In this document: positions 8,606-17,465 of the stretch, piece by piece | Layout of the letters: each line of letters starts with the position of its first letter | How positions within the stretch are numbered: the first letter of the stretch is position 1 | DNA from: Candidatus Saccharimonadota bacterium | GTDB taxonomy: Bacteria > Patescibacteriota > Gracilibacteria > UBA4473 | DNA: 32,000 bases | Direction of reading: 5' to 3' | Assembly (NCBI GenBank): GCA_965228485.1 | Contig: OZ245819.1 | Coordinates: forward strand, 780,001-812,000 | The notes under the pieces: model-generated | Seen by the model: only the letters and a program-made list of their open reading frames with translations | What the model was told of the DNA's origin: nothing | The model's database searches: none | Made by a program: the position numbers and the translations under genes

Positions 8606-9249
8606 CGATCCACAAAGCTTTTCTCTAGGGCATCAAAAGCTACCTGAATATCTGATCGATCAATATACACTGAAAACTCAGAATAGGTTGAGCTGGCTTC
8701 AATCACATTAATTCCCTGGAAAGTTAACACCCTTAGGATTGCATATAAAAATCCTGGCTGCTCAGCATAGGCCTTAGGAAATTTAACCACTAAAACGGCT
8801 ACCGAATTCTTTTCGTACTTAGCGGGTTCAGTCAACATTTCTCTTACTTCACTTTCCAAACGCTGTTCAAAAACGACGGTAAATTCATTCATTCCGTCCA
8901 TTAAACCAAAATAGCCGTTTCTACTTCTTACAAAGTGATGAAGTTTCTGTACTAACTTTCCAGTTCGATCATTTTTATAAAAAGTCATTGTCATCAGATT
9001 TGATTGAATCGTAATATTTTCAATTTCAAAATTTACTACAGACTTCAAAAATTTCATTTGTTGTTGTTGCAAACGAGAAAGACTCATCAAAATAGCGGAT
9101 GTTTTTACCTCTTTCTGAATTCGCACTTCCACCATTGGCTGTAAGAACTTTGCTAGCTGAGTGAGATTAAAAAGGCCATTTGAAATCCCAAAACTTAGTT
9201 GTGGATTTCCTTTAATTAGATCACGAACTACATCAGATATTTTTATCAT
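8602..9249 (-). CDS. ACT-domain-like small-molecule-binding protein (tentative)
   Basis: 215 aa. The C-terminal part (VAVLVVKFPKAYAEQPGFLYAILRVLTFQGINVIEASSTYSEFSVYIDRSD) looks like an ACT fold. No catalytic motifs recognised. Confidence 0.45.
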   Translation of the reverse strand: MIKISDVVRDLIKGNPQLSFGISNGLFNLTQLAKFLQPMVEVRIQKEVKTSAILMSLSRLQQQQMKFLKSVVNFEIENITIQSNLMTMTFYKNDRTGKLVQKLHHFVRSRNGYFGLMDGMNEFTVVFEQRLESEVREMLTEPAKYEKNSVAVLVVKFPKAYAEQPGFLYAILRVLTFQGINVIEASSTYSEFSVYIDRSDIQVAFDALEKSFVDR

Positions 9250-9261
9250 TATTTATAACAA

Positions 9262-9289
9262 ATATTAAATATAAGGGCTTTTTTTGTAA
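9262..9289 (-). promoter_or_regulatory. Candidate promoter, TTACAA-16 nt-TAATAT
   Basis: On the minus strand, TTACAA at 9284-9289 and TAATAT at 9262-9267. The -10 box ends 12 nt from the ATG at 9249. Confidence 0.35.
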
Positions 9290-9375
9290 CAAAATATATT
9301 TTTTATAACTTTTTTAATATAAAAAATTAAACAAATTCAATTATTAGTTATTAATATAGAAAAGAAAAGGAAAAA

Positions 9376-9573
9376 ATGAACAAAACCCCACCAAATAACA
9401 CTTCCGACCAGTGGGATCGAGACTTCATTAAACAGTATGAAGTTCTCGAAGCCACCTTCGAAGCTCACGGCCTTGAAGTTCCGAGCATTCGGATAAGCCA
9501 TCCAGCGGAAACCATTCTCCGGATGCAAAAAATACTCCACGATTTCAACCGAAGACGAGCGTTCGTAGGCTAA
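9376..9573 (+). CDS. Hypothetical small protein (65 aa)
   Basis: Preceded by a purine-rich tract, GAAAAGGAAAAA, before the ATG. No recognisable motifs. An antisense ORF (9337..9540) competes with it. Confidence 0.35.
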   Translation: MNKTPPNNTSDQWDRDFIKQYEVLEATFEAHGLEVPSIRISHPAETILRMQKILHDFNRRRAFVG

Positions 9574-9606
9574 AAACCACTAGACAATAGCTACTACAAA
9601 AATAGT

Positions 9607-10353
9607 ATGGCTGATGTCTGCATGAATTTTCCTGACAAAATAAATCGTTGGCTTAAAAATAATTATTGCCCTCAAAGATGTCTGTTTTCGGGGGTTAATA
9701 CTTTTGAATTAGCCGTAAAATTAGCTACACAACTTAACCACTGCTCAGAACAAAACATTCTAAGAAATGCAGAAAGTGATGTACTCTGCCTTGAAGACAA
9801 TGGAGAAAGCTTTCGTATTGGAGACGAACACAAACCAGAGAGAAACTCTGCCCGAGGGCTTATTCATTGGGTGAGTCAAAAACCTATTGCCCCACATCGT
9901 ATTGTTATTTTAGAGAATTTTGAAAGAGCCTCTCGAGAAGCCCCTCAAACACTTCTCAAGGTTTTGGAAGAACCTCCTTCAAAAGCTATATTTTTATTTA
10001 CCACAAAAAATCATCATCAAATTTTGCCCACAATCCTTTCTCGGATGACGGTTGTATCAGTTTCTCAGAATTACGATCAATTCGAAATAGACCCAGAAAT
10101 TAAACATTTTTTTGAGCCTGGAGCGCTTCTTACAAAACTTAAAAAAATTGAACAAATAGAAAGTCTCATTAAAAAAGAAGGTGATAAAACCATTCTACAT
10201 GAATTTATTGCTGAATTATTACTTCACAGTCGCTACTTTCCTCAATATCAAAAACATCTTGAATTAATATTCCGTGCACAAGAACAAATAAACCGAAATA
10301 TTAATCATCGTCTTATACTAGAACAACTTGCTATTAACCTGGCAACTCGCTAG
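9607..10353 (+). CDS. holB: DNA polymerase III delta-prime subunit (short form)
   Basis: PQTLLKVLEEPPSKAIFLFTTKNHHQILPTILSRMTVV is the clamp-loader sensor-1/SRC region. Followed by a PSP1/YaaT gene, as in Firmicutes. Confidence 0.85.
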   Translation: MADVCMNFPDKINRWLKNNYCPQRCLFSGVNTFELAVKLATQLNHCSEQNILRNAESDVLCLEDNGESFRIGDEHKPERNSARGLIHWVSQKPIAPHRIVILENFERASREAPQTLLKVLEEPPSKAIFLFTTKNHHQILPTILSRMTVVSVSQNYDQFEIDPEIKHFFEPGALLTKLKKIEQIESLIKKEGDKTILHEFIAELLLHSRYFPQYQKHLELIFRAQEQINRNINHRLILEQLAINLATR

Positions 10354-10362
10354 ATTAACCAT

Positions 10363-11235
10363 ATGAAAATTATTCAGGTAAGAGATATTATCCGATATAA
10401 AACCCTCACTATTCCAGCTCCAGAAACAGAGCTAGAATTTCATCAGAAAATTCTTATTGGAAGTAAAAAAGAGCAGGCTGTTGCAGAAATTGTTGGCCTC
10501 GCAAGAGAATTGCCAGGGGCAAAAGTAGATGAAGAATTTACGTTTAAGCGTCTACTAAAAGAATCAGAGATCAGCGAATTTGATGCCCTCCAAGAAGGAG
10601 AAATAGAACGTTTGAGGGACATTCAATCTGAAGCTGACAAACTTGAACTTGATATGCACTTTTTCGCCTCCAAGATTGGATGGCAGGGAAAAGTCTATGC
10701 TTTTCTTTTTACCTCAGATCAACCTGTCGATTTTAGGAGCTTACTCAAGAGTGTAACAAAAAAATTCTCTGGACGGGTACATCTACAAAGAGTTGATGTT
10801 CGAGATCGAGCGGACCTAATCGGTGGACCTGGGTGTTGTGGACGACCGGAATGCTGTGGATTCCCTTTTTCCAAACAAAAAGTAACACTCAATGCTGTTC
10901 GAGATCAGGGAATTATGATCAAAGGAAACGAGAAAATATATGATGTCAGTGGGAAACTAAAACGATGTTTAATGTATGAAGTTGATCTTTATAAGGAATA
11001 TCGAAAATACCTTCCACATCTAAAACAAGAAGTTACCATTGACGGAAAAAAAGCGCGAGTTATCGGTTTAGATATTCTAAATCAAAGAGTAAAAGTAAAT
11101 TTCTTTGATAATGATGTCACCGACATTTATCCTGTTGCTGAAGTAGAGTACCCAAATAAACAGACCTTAAAAATTGAGCCACTAGAAATATCAACTCCAG
11201 AGGTCTCTCTAGAAGGGAACAGTGTTCCTGTCTAA
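10363..11235 (+). CDS. PSP1 domain protein (YaaT/RicT-like)
   Basis: VDFRSLLKSVTKKFSGRVHLQRVDVRDRADLIGGPGCCGRPECCGF...KLKRCLMYE parallels the B. subtilis YaaT segment VDFRELVKDL...IELRQIGVRDEAK..GPCGR.LCC...GRLMCCLKYE. Confidence 0.8.
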   Translation: MKIIQVRDIIRYKTLTIPAPETELEFHQKILIGSKKEQAVAEIVGLARELPGAKVDEEFTFKRLLKESEISEFDALQEGEIERLRDIQSEADKLELDMHFFASKIGWQGKVYAFLFTSDQPVDFRSLLKSVTKKFSGRVHLQRVDVRDRADLIGGPGCCGRPECCGFPFSKQKVTLNAVRDQGIMIKGNEKIYDVSGKLKRCLMYEVDLYKEYRKYLPHLKQEVTIDGKKARVIGLDILNQRVKVNFFDNDVTDIYPVAEVEYPNKQTLKIEPLEISTPEVSLEGNSVPV

Positions 11236-11837
11236 TGAACAAAATACTTTAGCCCAAAAAACACAAGCAGCATTAGCAAAACTAGTATCCAAAAAAAGTG
11301 CAGCTTAGGGGTTGGTATTAATGCCTTATCTTTAATCACCCTTTCAAGAGTTGCTTCTAGTTCTTGTGGTGTGATTTGGGGGTTTTTACTGAAAACAGTG
11401 GTTAGGAAAGAGAGATCAATCTTTGATAAAATTAAACGAACAAAGAAAGGAAGTTCTTTCAAGACTTTTGATTGTTTGAATTTTTGAGTACTCATTATCA
11501 GTTCTCTATGCTGACAAGCTTGCTGAGAACAGGTAAATAATATTGGGTGCTTATATTTTTGATAAAATTCATTTAGTACTTTTTCTAAAGCATAACTTCT
11601 ACCAAACAAAAAAAATAAAATTGGACACACAATGGCTAAAAAAATAATTCCACAAAACAGAACCACACATTGCAAAGCCGCCTGTCCTCCTAGTCCACAA
11701 TGAGAAAATAGTGGTAATAACATTACCCACAGAATCAGAGAAAATATTCCTCCGCCCAAAATAATCGCCACTGTTTTTGTAATAACTTTAAAGGCTATCT
11801 TTCCCGAGTAAGCAATAATGTCGTCAATTTTGTTCAT
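11232..11837 (-). CDS. Hypothetical multi-pass membrane protein
   Basis: Several hydrophobic helices (AIILGGGIFSLILWVMLLPLF, VVLFCGIIFLAIVCPILFFLF, FFWILVLLMLLVFFGL). No family recognised. Confidence 0.55.
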   Translation of the reverse strand: MNKIDDIIAYSGKIAFKVITKTVAIILGGGIFSLILWVMLLPLFSHCGLGGQAALQCVVLFCGIIFLAIVCPILFFLFGRSYALEKVLNEFYQKYKHPILFTCSQQACQHRELIMSTQKFKQSKVLKELPFFVRLILSKIDLSFLTTVFSKNPQITPQELEATLERVIKDKALIPTPKLHFFWILVLLMLLVFFGLKYFVH

Positions 11838-12024
11838 CCACTATACTTAATACTTTTGTGCCTATTTTTTCAATGACTTTAGGAATATACCAAATCCCAG
11901 TTTCCAAATCTTGGACAGCCTCCAATGTTTCTCCCAAAAATACTGGCTCTGTTGGAAATTTTCTAAAGCTTTCTTCTTCAAACTCTAATGGACGATCAAA
12001 AAAATAAAATCGTTTGTAGATCAT
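11824..12024 (-). CDS. Hypothetical small protein (66 aa)
   Basis: Sits 5 nt downstream of purH and overlaps the next gene by 14 nt, consistent with an operon. No motifs recognised. Confidence 0.4.
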   Translation of the reverse strand: MIYKRFYFFDRPLEFEEESFRKFPTEPVFLGETLEAVQDLETGIWYIPKVIEKIGTKVLSIVDEQN

Positions 12025-12029
12025 GGGGT

Positions 12030-13553
12030 TTAGTGCAGAAAACTTCTCATCCCAGTAAGAACCGTAGCTATTCCAAGCTCATCACACTTTGCAAAAACTT
12101 CAGTATCCCCTTTGGCTCCTCCAGGCTGAATAAAAGCAGCAATCCCAGCCTGTCCAGCCGCCTCTACACTATCTGGGAATGGGAAAAAAGCATCAGAGGC
12201 AATAACCGCTCCTTTCGCCTTGTCTCCTGCATGAGAAAGGGCAATTTCCATAGCTTCTACACGCGAGGTTTGTCCTCCCCCTTTCCCGATCATGACACCA
12301 TCTTTAACTACCACAATAGCATTAGATTTTACAATTTTCACCATCTTCCAAGCCGCTATCAAGTCTTGCATTTCAACTTCCGTTGGCTTCTTTTTTGTTG
12401 GAATTTTCAGAGAATCAAAGTCTGGAATTTGAATATCAGCCTCTTGTGCGAGAGTCCCTCCTCGAACTCTTTTTAGTACCAAATCTCTTGTTTGTCCTGA
12501 AGCAAAACTTGGTATCTCTAAGACCCGAAGATTTTGTTTAGTTTTTAAAACTTCAAGAGCTTCTTCATCATACCCTGGAGCCATAACAATCTCATTGAAA
12601 AAAGAAACAATTTTCTCAGCAGTCGCCTTATCACAAACTCTATTCAGAGCAATAACTCCCCCAAAAGCTGACAGTTGATCCGCCTCATACGCTTTTTTAA
12701 ATGCCTCACTAATAGTTTCTCCAATAGCCGCTCCGCAAGGCGTTGCATGTTTAATAATAGTAGCAAAAGCTGGATCATCCTCTCCTGCAAAACTAAGCGC
12801 TAGTTCAAGTGCTCCACTACTATCTCCAAAATTATTATAACTCAAAGGTTTTCCGTTTAACTGCTTTGCCCCGACTAACAATGGTCCATGAGCGAATGGA
12901 TCTACCAAAGTAACCGCGGTTTGATGCGGATTTTCTCCGTAACGCAACTGACCTTTTTCTTCTGAATCTTTCGTCTCTTCTGCCCAGAACTTAGCAATTA
13001 AAAGATCGTAGTGGGCCGTCATTTCAAATACCTTTGTAGCGAGCTCTTTCCGAGTAGCCATTGACACGTTTCCATCTGATTCAATCTCTTGAACCACTCT
13101 ATCGTAGTCAACAGGATCCACTACAGGAGCACAAAATTCATAATTTTTTGCGGCCGCCCGAATCATTGAAGGGCCTCCAATATCGATATTTTCTACTTTG
13201 TCCTCAAAAGTCTTTGAACTATCTTCGTAGGTAGATTTGAATGGATAAAGGTTTACACAAACAATATCGATGTTTTCGATTTTATTACTTGCACAAAATT
13301 CTTGATGATTTTCGTTATTTCGAAGGTTTAAGATCCCTCCAAAAATCTCAGGAGTAAGTGTTTTAATTCTTCCGTCTAACCCCTCTGGAAAACCAGTAAA
13401 ATCAGCTACTTCCAGAAGATTATTTATTCCCGCTTCTTGCAAAGCTCGAAATGTTCCTCCTGTAGATAAAATTCGAAATCCTAAACGTTCAAGTTTTTTT
13501 CCAAAATCAACAATCCCTGTTTTATCAGAGACAGAAAGTAGTGCTGTTTTCAT
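12030..13553 (-). CDS. purH: Bifunctional AICAR transformylase / IMP cyclohydrolase
   Basis: N-terminal MGS-like domain (ALLSVSDKTGIVDFGKKLERLGFRILSTGGT), GGPSMIRAAAKN, and the C-terminal AICARFT region (GGGQTSRV, ASDAFFPF). Confidence 0.95.
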   Translation of the reverse strand: MKTALLSVSDKTGIVDFGKKLERLGFRILSTGGTFRALQEAGINNLLEVADFTGFPEGLDGRIKTLTPEIFGGILNLRNNENHQEFCASNKIENIDIVCVNLYPFKSTYEDSSKTFEDKVENIDIGGPSMIRAAAKNYEFCAPVVDPVDYDRVVQEIESDGNVSMATRKELATKVFEMTAHYDLLIAKFWAEETKDSEEKGQLRYGENPHQTAVTLVDPFAHGPLLVGAKQLNGKPLSYNNFGDSSGALELALSFAGEDDPAFATIIKHATPCGAAIGETISEAFKKAYEADQLSAFGGVIALNRVCDKATAEKIVSFFNEIVMAPGYDEEALEVLKTKQNLRVLEIPSFASGQTRDLVLKRVRGGTLAQEADIQIPDFDSLKIPTKKKPTEVEMQDLIAAWKMVKIVKSNAIVVVKDGVMIGKGGGQTSRVEAMEIALSHAGDKAKGAVIASDAFFPFPDSVEAAGQAGIAAFIQPGGAKGDTEVFAKCDELGIATVLTGMRSFLH

Positions 13554-13571
13554 AAGGGTAATAATTAGTAA

Positions 13572-14822
13572 CTAGGCAAAATCAGGGTAAGCCATATACA
13601 GCTCTCCTGCATTTGGATTACAAAATAATCCGTTCTTTAGAATTTTTTCAATATCTTCGGTTTCTCCTGTATCACAAAAATCCCAAGCCTTGAATTGCCG
13701 TACCGTAATTTGTTTATCTAGAACCTGATAAAGTTGTTCTGATAAATGTAACGCTTCATCGTCCTCAAAAAGAGAAACAAGAACTTGGTTTGGTTTTGGG
13801 GAAAATAAAACAGACTGCTCTTTGTTGGGATTAGCGAGTATACCTGTGTCTAAAATTTCTTTTTCAGAAACTTCACCAGAAATAGCATAAACTACCGATT
13901 TATTAAGCTCTAAACTATGTCCAACAATATTTTCTGCGGTACTTTTTACAGAAAAATTCTCATTATCAGTAATAATTAATTTTTTTTCTAGGTAGAGGGT
14001 TCCCGATGCTTTTTCAAGCTTTTTAACCTCAGGAGCTGCTTGTGACGATAGATCTCCAATCTCAACAGAACTAGGGGAAGCACTCTTCAATATCCAATCC
14101 TTCATAGAGGCTAAAACCTGATCCCCTTCAGTGAGTTTATAAAACCTCTCTGGATGAGGCATTATCGCTCCAATAGTTCCTTCTGCATTTACAATCATGG
14201 CAACCGCTGACTTTGCTCCATTTGGAGTCACTGGGTATTTTTCTGAGACTTTTCCAGTTTCATCACAATATCGAAACGCCACATGCTGATTTGAATCGAG
14301 AGCAGACAACACTTCTGGTTTTTGAGTCGTAAAACGACCCTCTCCATGAGCAATAGGTACTTTTATAACTTCCTGACATCCTTGAGTAAAAGCCGTGTCG
14401 GTTCTTTCAACTTTTAAGTTACACCATACATTATAATATCCGGTACCAATAACATGATCCTCAGTATCACGTCTAACATTTTCTGCTAACGATAAAGGCA
14501 GAGAATCTCCTGCAATTGGAATAAGTCCTGACTCCACAATCATTTGAGCGCCATTACAAATTCCTAAGATAAGTTTTCCTTTCTTCGCTTCTTTCCTTAA
14601 AGCGTCAAAAATTGGCTCTCTGGCGGCAATAGAACCTGATCTTCCTCGATCTTCAAAAGAGAAACCTCCCGGTAAAATATAAGCATCAAAATTGTCCACT
14701 CTATCTATTTCGTTCCAACGCAAAATTTCAGCATCGAAACCATTTCTTCGTGCAGCACGAGCAGTTTCTATTTCACAATTATTTCCAGGAAAGGCGATAA
14801 CAGCTAATGTAGGATTTTTCAC
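13572..14822 (-). CDS. purQ: FGAM synthase glutaminase subunit PurQ fused to a C-terminal tandem PurS-like region
   Basis: GTG start. Class I amidotransferase motifs: FPGNNCE, GICNGAQ (nucleophile Cys) and MPHPER. Residues ~274-413 form two PurS-like repeats, each ending in an (L/F)xNPN motif (GILANPNKEQ and GLFCNPNAGE). Confidence 0.85.
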   Translation of the reverse strand: MKNPTLAVIAFPGNNCEIETARAARRNGFDAEILRWNEIDRVDNFDAYILPGGFSFEDRGRSGSIAAREPIFDALRKEAKKGKLILGICNGAQMIVESGLIPIAGDSLPLSLAENVRRDTEDHVIGTGYYNVWCNLKVERTDTAFTQGCQEVIKVPIAHGEGRFTTQKPEVLSALDSNQHVAFRYCDETGKVSEKYPVTPNGAKSAVAMIVNAEGTIGAIMPHPERFYKLTEGDQVLASMKDWILKSASPSSVEIGDLSSQAAPEVKKLEKASGTLYLEKKLIITDNENFSVKSTAENIVGHSLELNKSVVYAISGEVSEKEILDTGILANPNKEQSVLFSPKPNQVLVSLFEDDEALHLSEQLYQVLDKQITVRQFKAWDFCDTGETEDIEKILKNGLFCNPNAGELYMAYPDFA

Positions 14823-14903
14823 GAATAAAGGTTACTAATTTTTTAAAAAAATAAAATTTTGTTATGGTGTTTTTGAAGGTTTAGATCATCAGTTTAAAAT
14901 ATA

Positions 14904-14931
14904 TTGACATTTTTTATTTTTTACATATTTA
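14904..14931 (+). promoter_or_regulatory. Candidate promoter, TTGACA plus an AT-rich -10 (TATTTA)
   Basis: TTGACA at 14904-14909. The best -10-like hexamer is TATTTA at 14926-14931 (16-nt spacer), 7 nt from the ATG at 14939. Confidence 0.3.
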
Positions 14932-14938
14932 AGTAATA

Positions 14939-15535
14939 ATGAAAAGATTTGGAATCTCAACGACTTCTCTAGCCGCCGCCGCTCTGGCCCTACCGGCACA
15001 GGCGAGCCTACCTCCAGCGAGTGAATCTTTTGACTTAGAGCTCTTTAGCTACACTGAACCAGCACCACCAAGTCGAGACCAGCTAATCCAAAGCTTCTGG
15101 GAGCAATATCAGTCTCAGGTTACAAAGTGTATTATTCCTGCAGGTACTCCGAATGAAGTCTCTCTAGTTCAAAGCCCTGAAATAGGTCTTAACATTACAG
15201 CCACTTGTGATGGCTATCTGGATTACAATACGGAAACCTACAATCAAATGATGGCTACTGGAGAACTCATTATGCAAAGTACTTCTATCCAGTGTGGATA
15301 CATAACAATGCAAGCAGGTAAAAACCACGACATCCAAGTCATCTCCAGGACTTTTGATGGAGTGCCTGATTGTGCAAAACCTCTTGAAAAAGCCTTCCCT
15401 GGATACTCTTTTTCAGACTATGAACATATGGACCCAGAACCTGAAAACTTTAATCCAGAGATGTGCAAAGACACAAATCATAACGATGAAGAAATTGCAG
15501 ATCTCTGCTGGCAATTAAGAGGACCTCTCGACTAG
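14939..15535 (+). CDS. Secreted cysteine-containing protein, unknown function
   Basis: Signal peptide MKRFGISTTSLAAAALALPAQAS and six Cys in the mature part. No family recognised. Confidence 0.6.
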   Translation: MKRFGISTTSLAAAALALPAQASLPPASESFDLELFSYTEPAPPSRDQLIQSFWEQYQSQVTKCIIPAGTPNEVSLVQSPEIGLNITATCDGYLDYNTETYNQMMATGELIMQSTSIQCGYITMQAGKNHDIQVISRTFDGVPDCAKPLEKAFPGYSFSDYEHMDPEPENFNPEMCKDTNHNDEEIADLCWQLRGPLD

Positions 15536-16602
15536 TGATTTTCCCAATCAGCCTTATCTAAATTTTCAACCGCTAACTGAAGCAAATCCATAGCAGCAAC
15601 AATGTCTGTTTCATGACAGAGTTCTACTTCTTGATGCATATTCCTGAGTGGAACAGAAATGCCCCCAGTAATACATCCCTGCTCTGTCATCATTTGCATC
15701 GCCCAAGCATCCGTCCCCCCCGCATCCATAGCTTCAATTTGATAGGGCACTTTTTTCTTTTCTGCCAAATCTTTTAAATAAGCCACTAACCGAGTATCCG
15801 CAATTACCACTTTGTTTAAAACATCAATAGAAACTCCTTTCCCCAGCTTATTAATCTGGTCATGATCCGGAACCCCAGGGGTATCATTGGCCAATGTTAC
15901 ATCTAATCCAATTCCGATATCCGGTTGAATTCTATGAACCGCTACTTTCGCTCCACGAATCCCAACTTCTTCCTGTACGGTAAAAACCGCATAAAAATCA
16001 TAAGGGACTTTTTTTAATCGTTTCAAAACTTCTATAAGCACAAAAACCAGCATTCGATTATCCAAAGACTTCCCATTCACACATTTCCCCATCGTTAAAA
16101 AATCCCGCTTTCGAGTAATTGAGTCTCCAACGGAAATTAATTTTTCTACCTCTTTCTTTTCTAGCCCTGTATCAATAAAAAAGTCTTTCAACTCTGGTCC
16201 TTTTTTACGATCAGATTCAGTCATCAAATGGGCGGCTTTTCCTCCAATAATTCCAATCACATCTTCTCGACCATGAATAATTACTCGTTGAGAGGCGAGT
16301 GTTTTGGGATCAAATCCTCCCAAAGGACAAAAACGAATAAATCCGGCTTGGTCAATATGCTGAACCATAAAACCAATTTCATCCATATGAGCGGCGACCA
16401 TAATTTTCTTTTTGTTCTTTTTGGCTGTTCCTTTTTTGATCGCGATGAGATTCCCCATATTATCCACCTCGATCGAATCAACATGCGCTTCAATTTCTCG
16501 ACGAACGATGGCTCTAATTCTCTGTTCGAATCCTGGAGCTCCAGCGGTTTCTGATAACTCCTTAAGTAAATCTAAATTAAGTTTGCTGCCTTTTCTTACC
16601 AT
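15532..16602 (-). CDS. M42 family metallo-aminopeptidase (FrvX/CelM/PepA-like)
   Basis: LLKELSETAGAPGFEQRIR, AHMDEIGFMV, DNRMLVFVLIEVLK and FTVQEEVGIRGA are characteristic M42 motifs. Confidence 0.85.
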   Translation of the reverse strand: MVRKGSKLNLDLLKELSETAGAPGFEQRIRAIVRREIEAHVDSIEVDNMGNLIAIKKGTAKKNKKKIMVAAHMDEIGFMVQHIDQAGFIRFCPLGGFDPKTLASQRVIIHGREDVIGIIGGKAAHLMTESDRKKGPELKDFFIDTGLEKKEVEKLISVGDSITRKRDFLTMGKCVNGKSLDNRMLVFVLIEVLKRLKKVPYDFYAVFTVQEEVGIRGAKVAVHRIQPDIGIGLDVTLANDTPGVPDHDQINKLGKGVSIDVLNKVVIADTRLVAYLKDLAEKKKVPYQIEAMDAGGTDAWAMQMMTEQGCITGGISVPLRNMHQEVELCHETDIVAAMDLLQLAVENLDKADWENH

Positions 16603-16686
16603 TGTTATTTAGGGTTATATCTTCCCAATACTATGCAAACAAACAAAAGTCTCAAGAAGAAGCTATCTAGAAGACATCAAACCAAC

Positions 16687-16715
16687 TTCATTTTTTTACT
16701 AAAATAGTGTATAAT
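16687..16715 (+). promoter_or_regulatory. Candidate promoter with a consensus TATAAT -10 box
   Basis: TATAAT at 16710-16715 lies only 6 nt upstream of the ATG at 16722. The -35 (TTCATT at 16687-16692) is weak. Confidence 0.35.
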
Positions 16716-16721
16716 TAAGGG

Positions 16722-17465
16722 ATGAATCTAATTCCAAAAATTAGTAAACCCAAGCTACCCAATCTAAAAACAGAAAATGGAAAGTGGTGGAGAGTTTTGA
16801 GATTCAAACGAGACAAAACCGCAAGAGTAGCGGTAGATAGTCTTATGGAAAACTCTCGTCTGGAAGCTAGTTTTTTTGTTATGTGTACGCTCTCTGGAGT
16901 ACTGGCAACCCTCGGAATACTTCTAAACGACGTAGCTATTTTGATTGCAGCCATGGTGCTTGCTCCACTTTTAAACCCAGTTCTGGCCTTTGCGGCAGGA
17001 ATTTCAATAATGAATAAAAAGCTGGTTGCATATGCCACAAAGAGCTTTCTAGGGAGTGTTTTATTTGTAATTTTGATTGCGGCCATTACTACTCAGCTCT
17101 TGGTGTTATTAGGATATAATTTTGATATCAAGCCATTTGAACAGAAGTTCAACAATCTGGATCATTTATTCTTTTTAGCGGCATTTGTATCGGGTTTCTC
17201 AGGAGTCTACGCCTGGCTTCGAGATATCAACTCTACCAATATTGTTGGCGTCGCAATTGCTGTTTCTCTTATCCCTTTCGTGAGTTTTATGGGAATCCTC
17301 GTTGGACTCGAAAAGTACAGTGAAATAGACTGGTATCTTTTCAATTTTAGTGTGAATATTGCGACAATTATTTTAGGAGCTACATCAGCCTTTTTGCTTC
17401 TTGGCTTCTCGCGACAAAAAAAGGTACTTGATGCCGAAGTTGCTCATAATACAGACGAAGACTAA
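16722..17465 (+). CDS. DUF389-type integral membrane protein
   Basis: ASFFVMCTLSGVLATLGILLNDVAILIAAMVLAPLLNPVLAFAAGI matches the DUF389 core (...IGAMLIAPLM.PI...). Multiple transmembrane helices. Confidence 0.6.
   Translation: MNLIPKISKPKLPNLKTENGKWWRVLRFKRDKTARVAVDSLMENSRLEASFFVMCTLSGVLATLGILLNDVAILIAAMVLAPLLNPVLAFAAGISIMNKKLVAYATKSFLGSVLFVILIAAITTQLLVLLGYNFDIKPFEQKFNNLDHLFFLAAFVSGFSGVYAWLRDINSTNIVGVAIAVSLIPFVSFMGILVGLEKYSEIDWYLFNFSVNIATIILGATSAFLLLGFSRQKKVLDAEVAHNTDED

Noticed and set aside
9250-9375. A very AT-rich 126-bp spacer considered as a candidate oriC or DNA-unwinding element.
   Set aside because: I found no cluster of DnaA-box-like 9-mers there, and only isolated one-mismatch matches inside genes (about nt 15290 and 16459). 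dnaA is not nearby. The region is explained adequately as a divergent promoter region.
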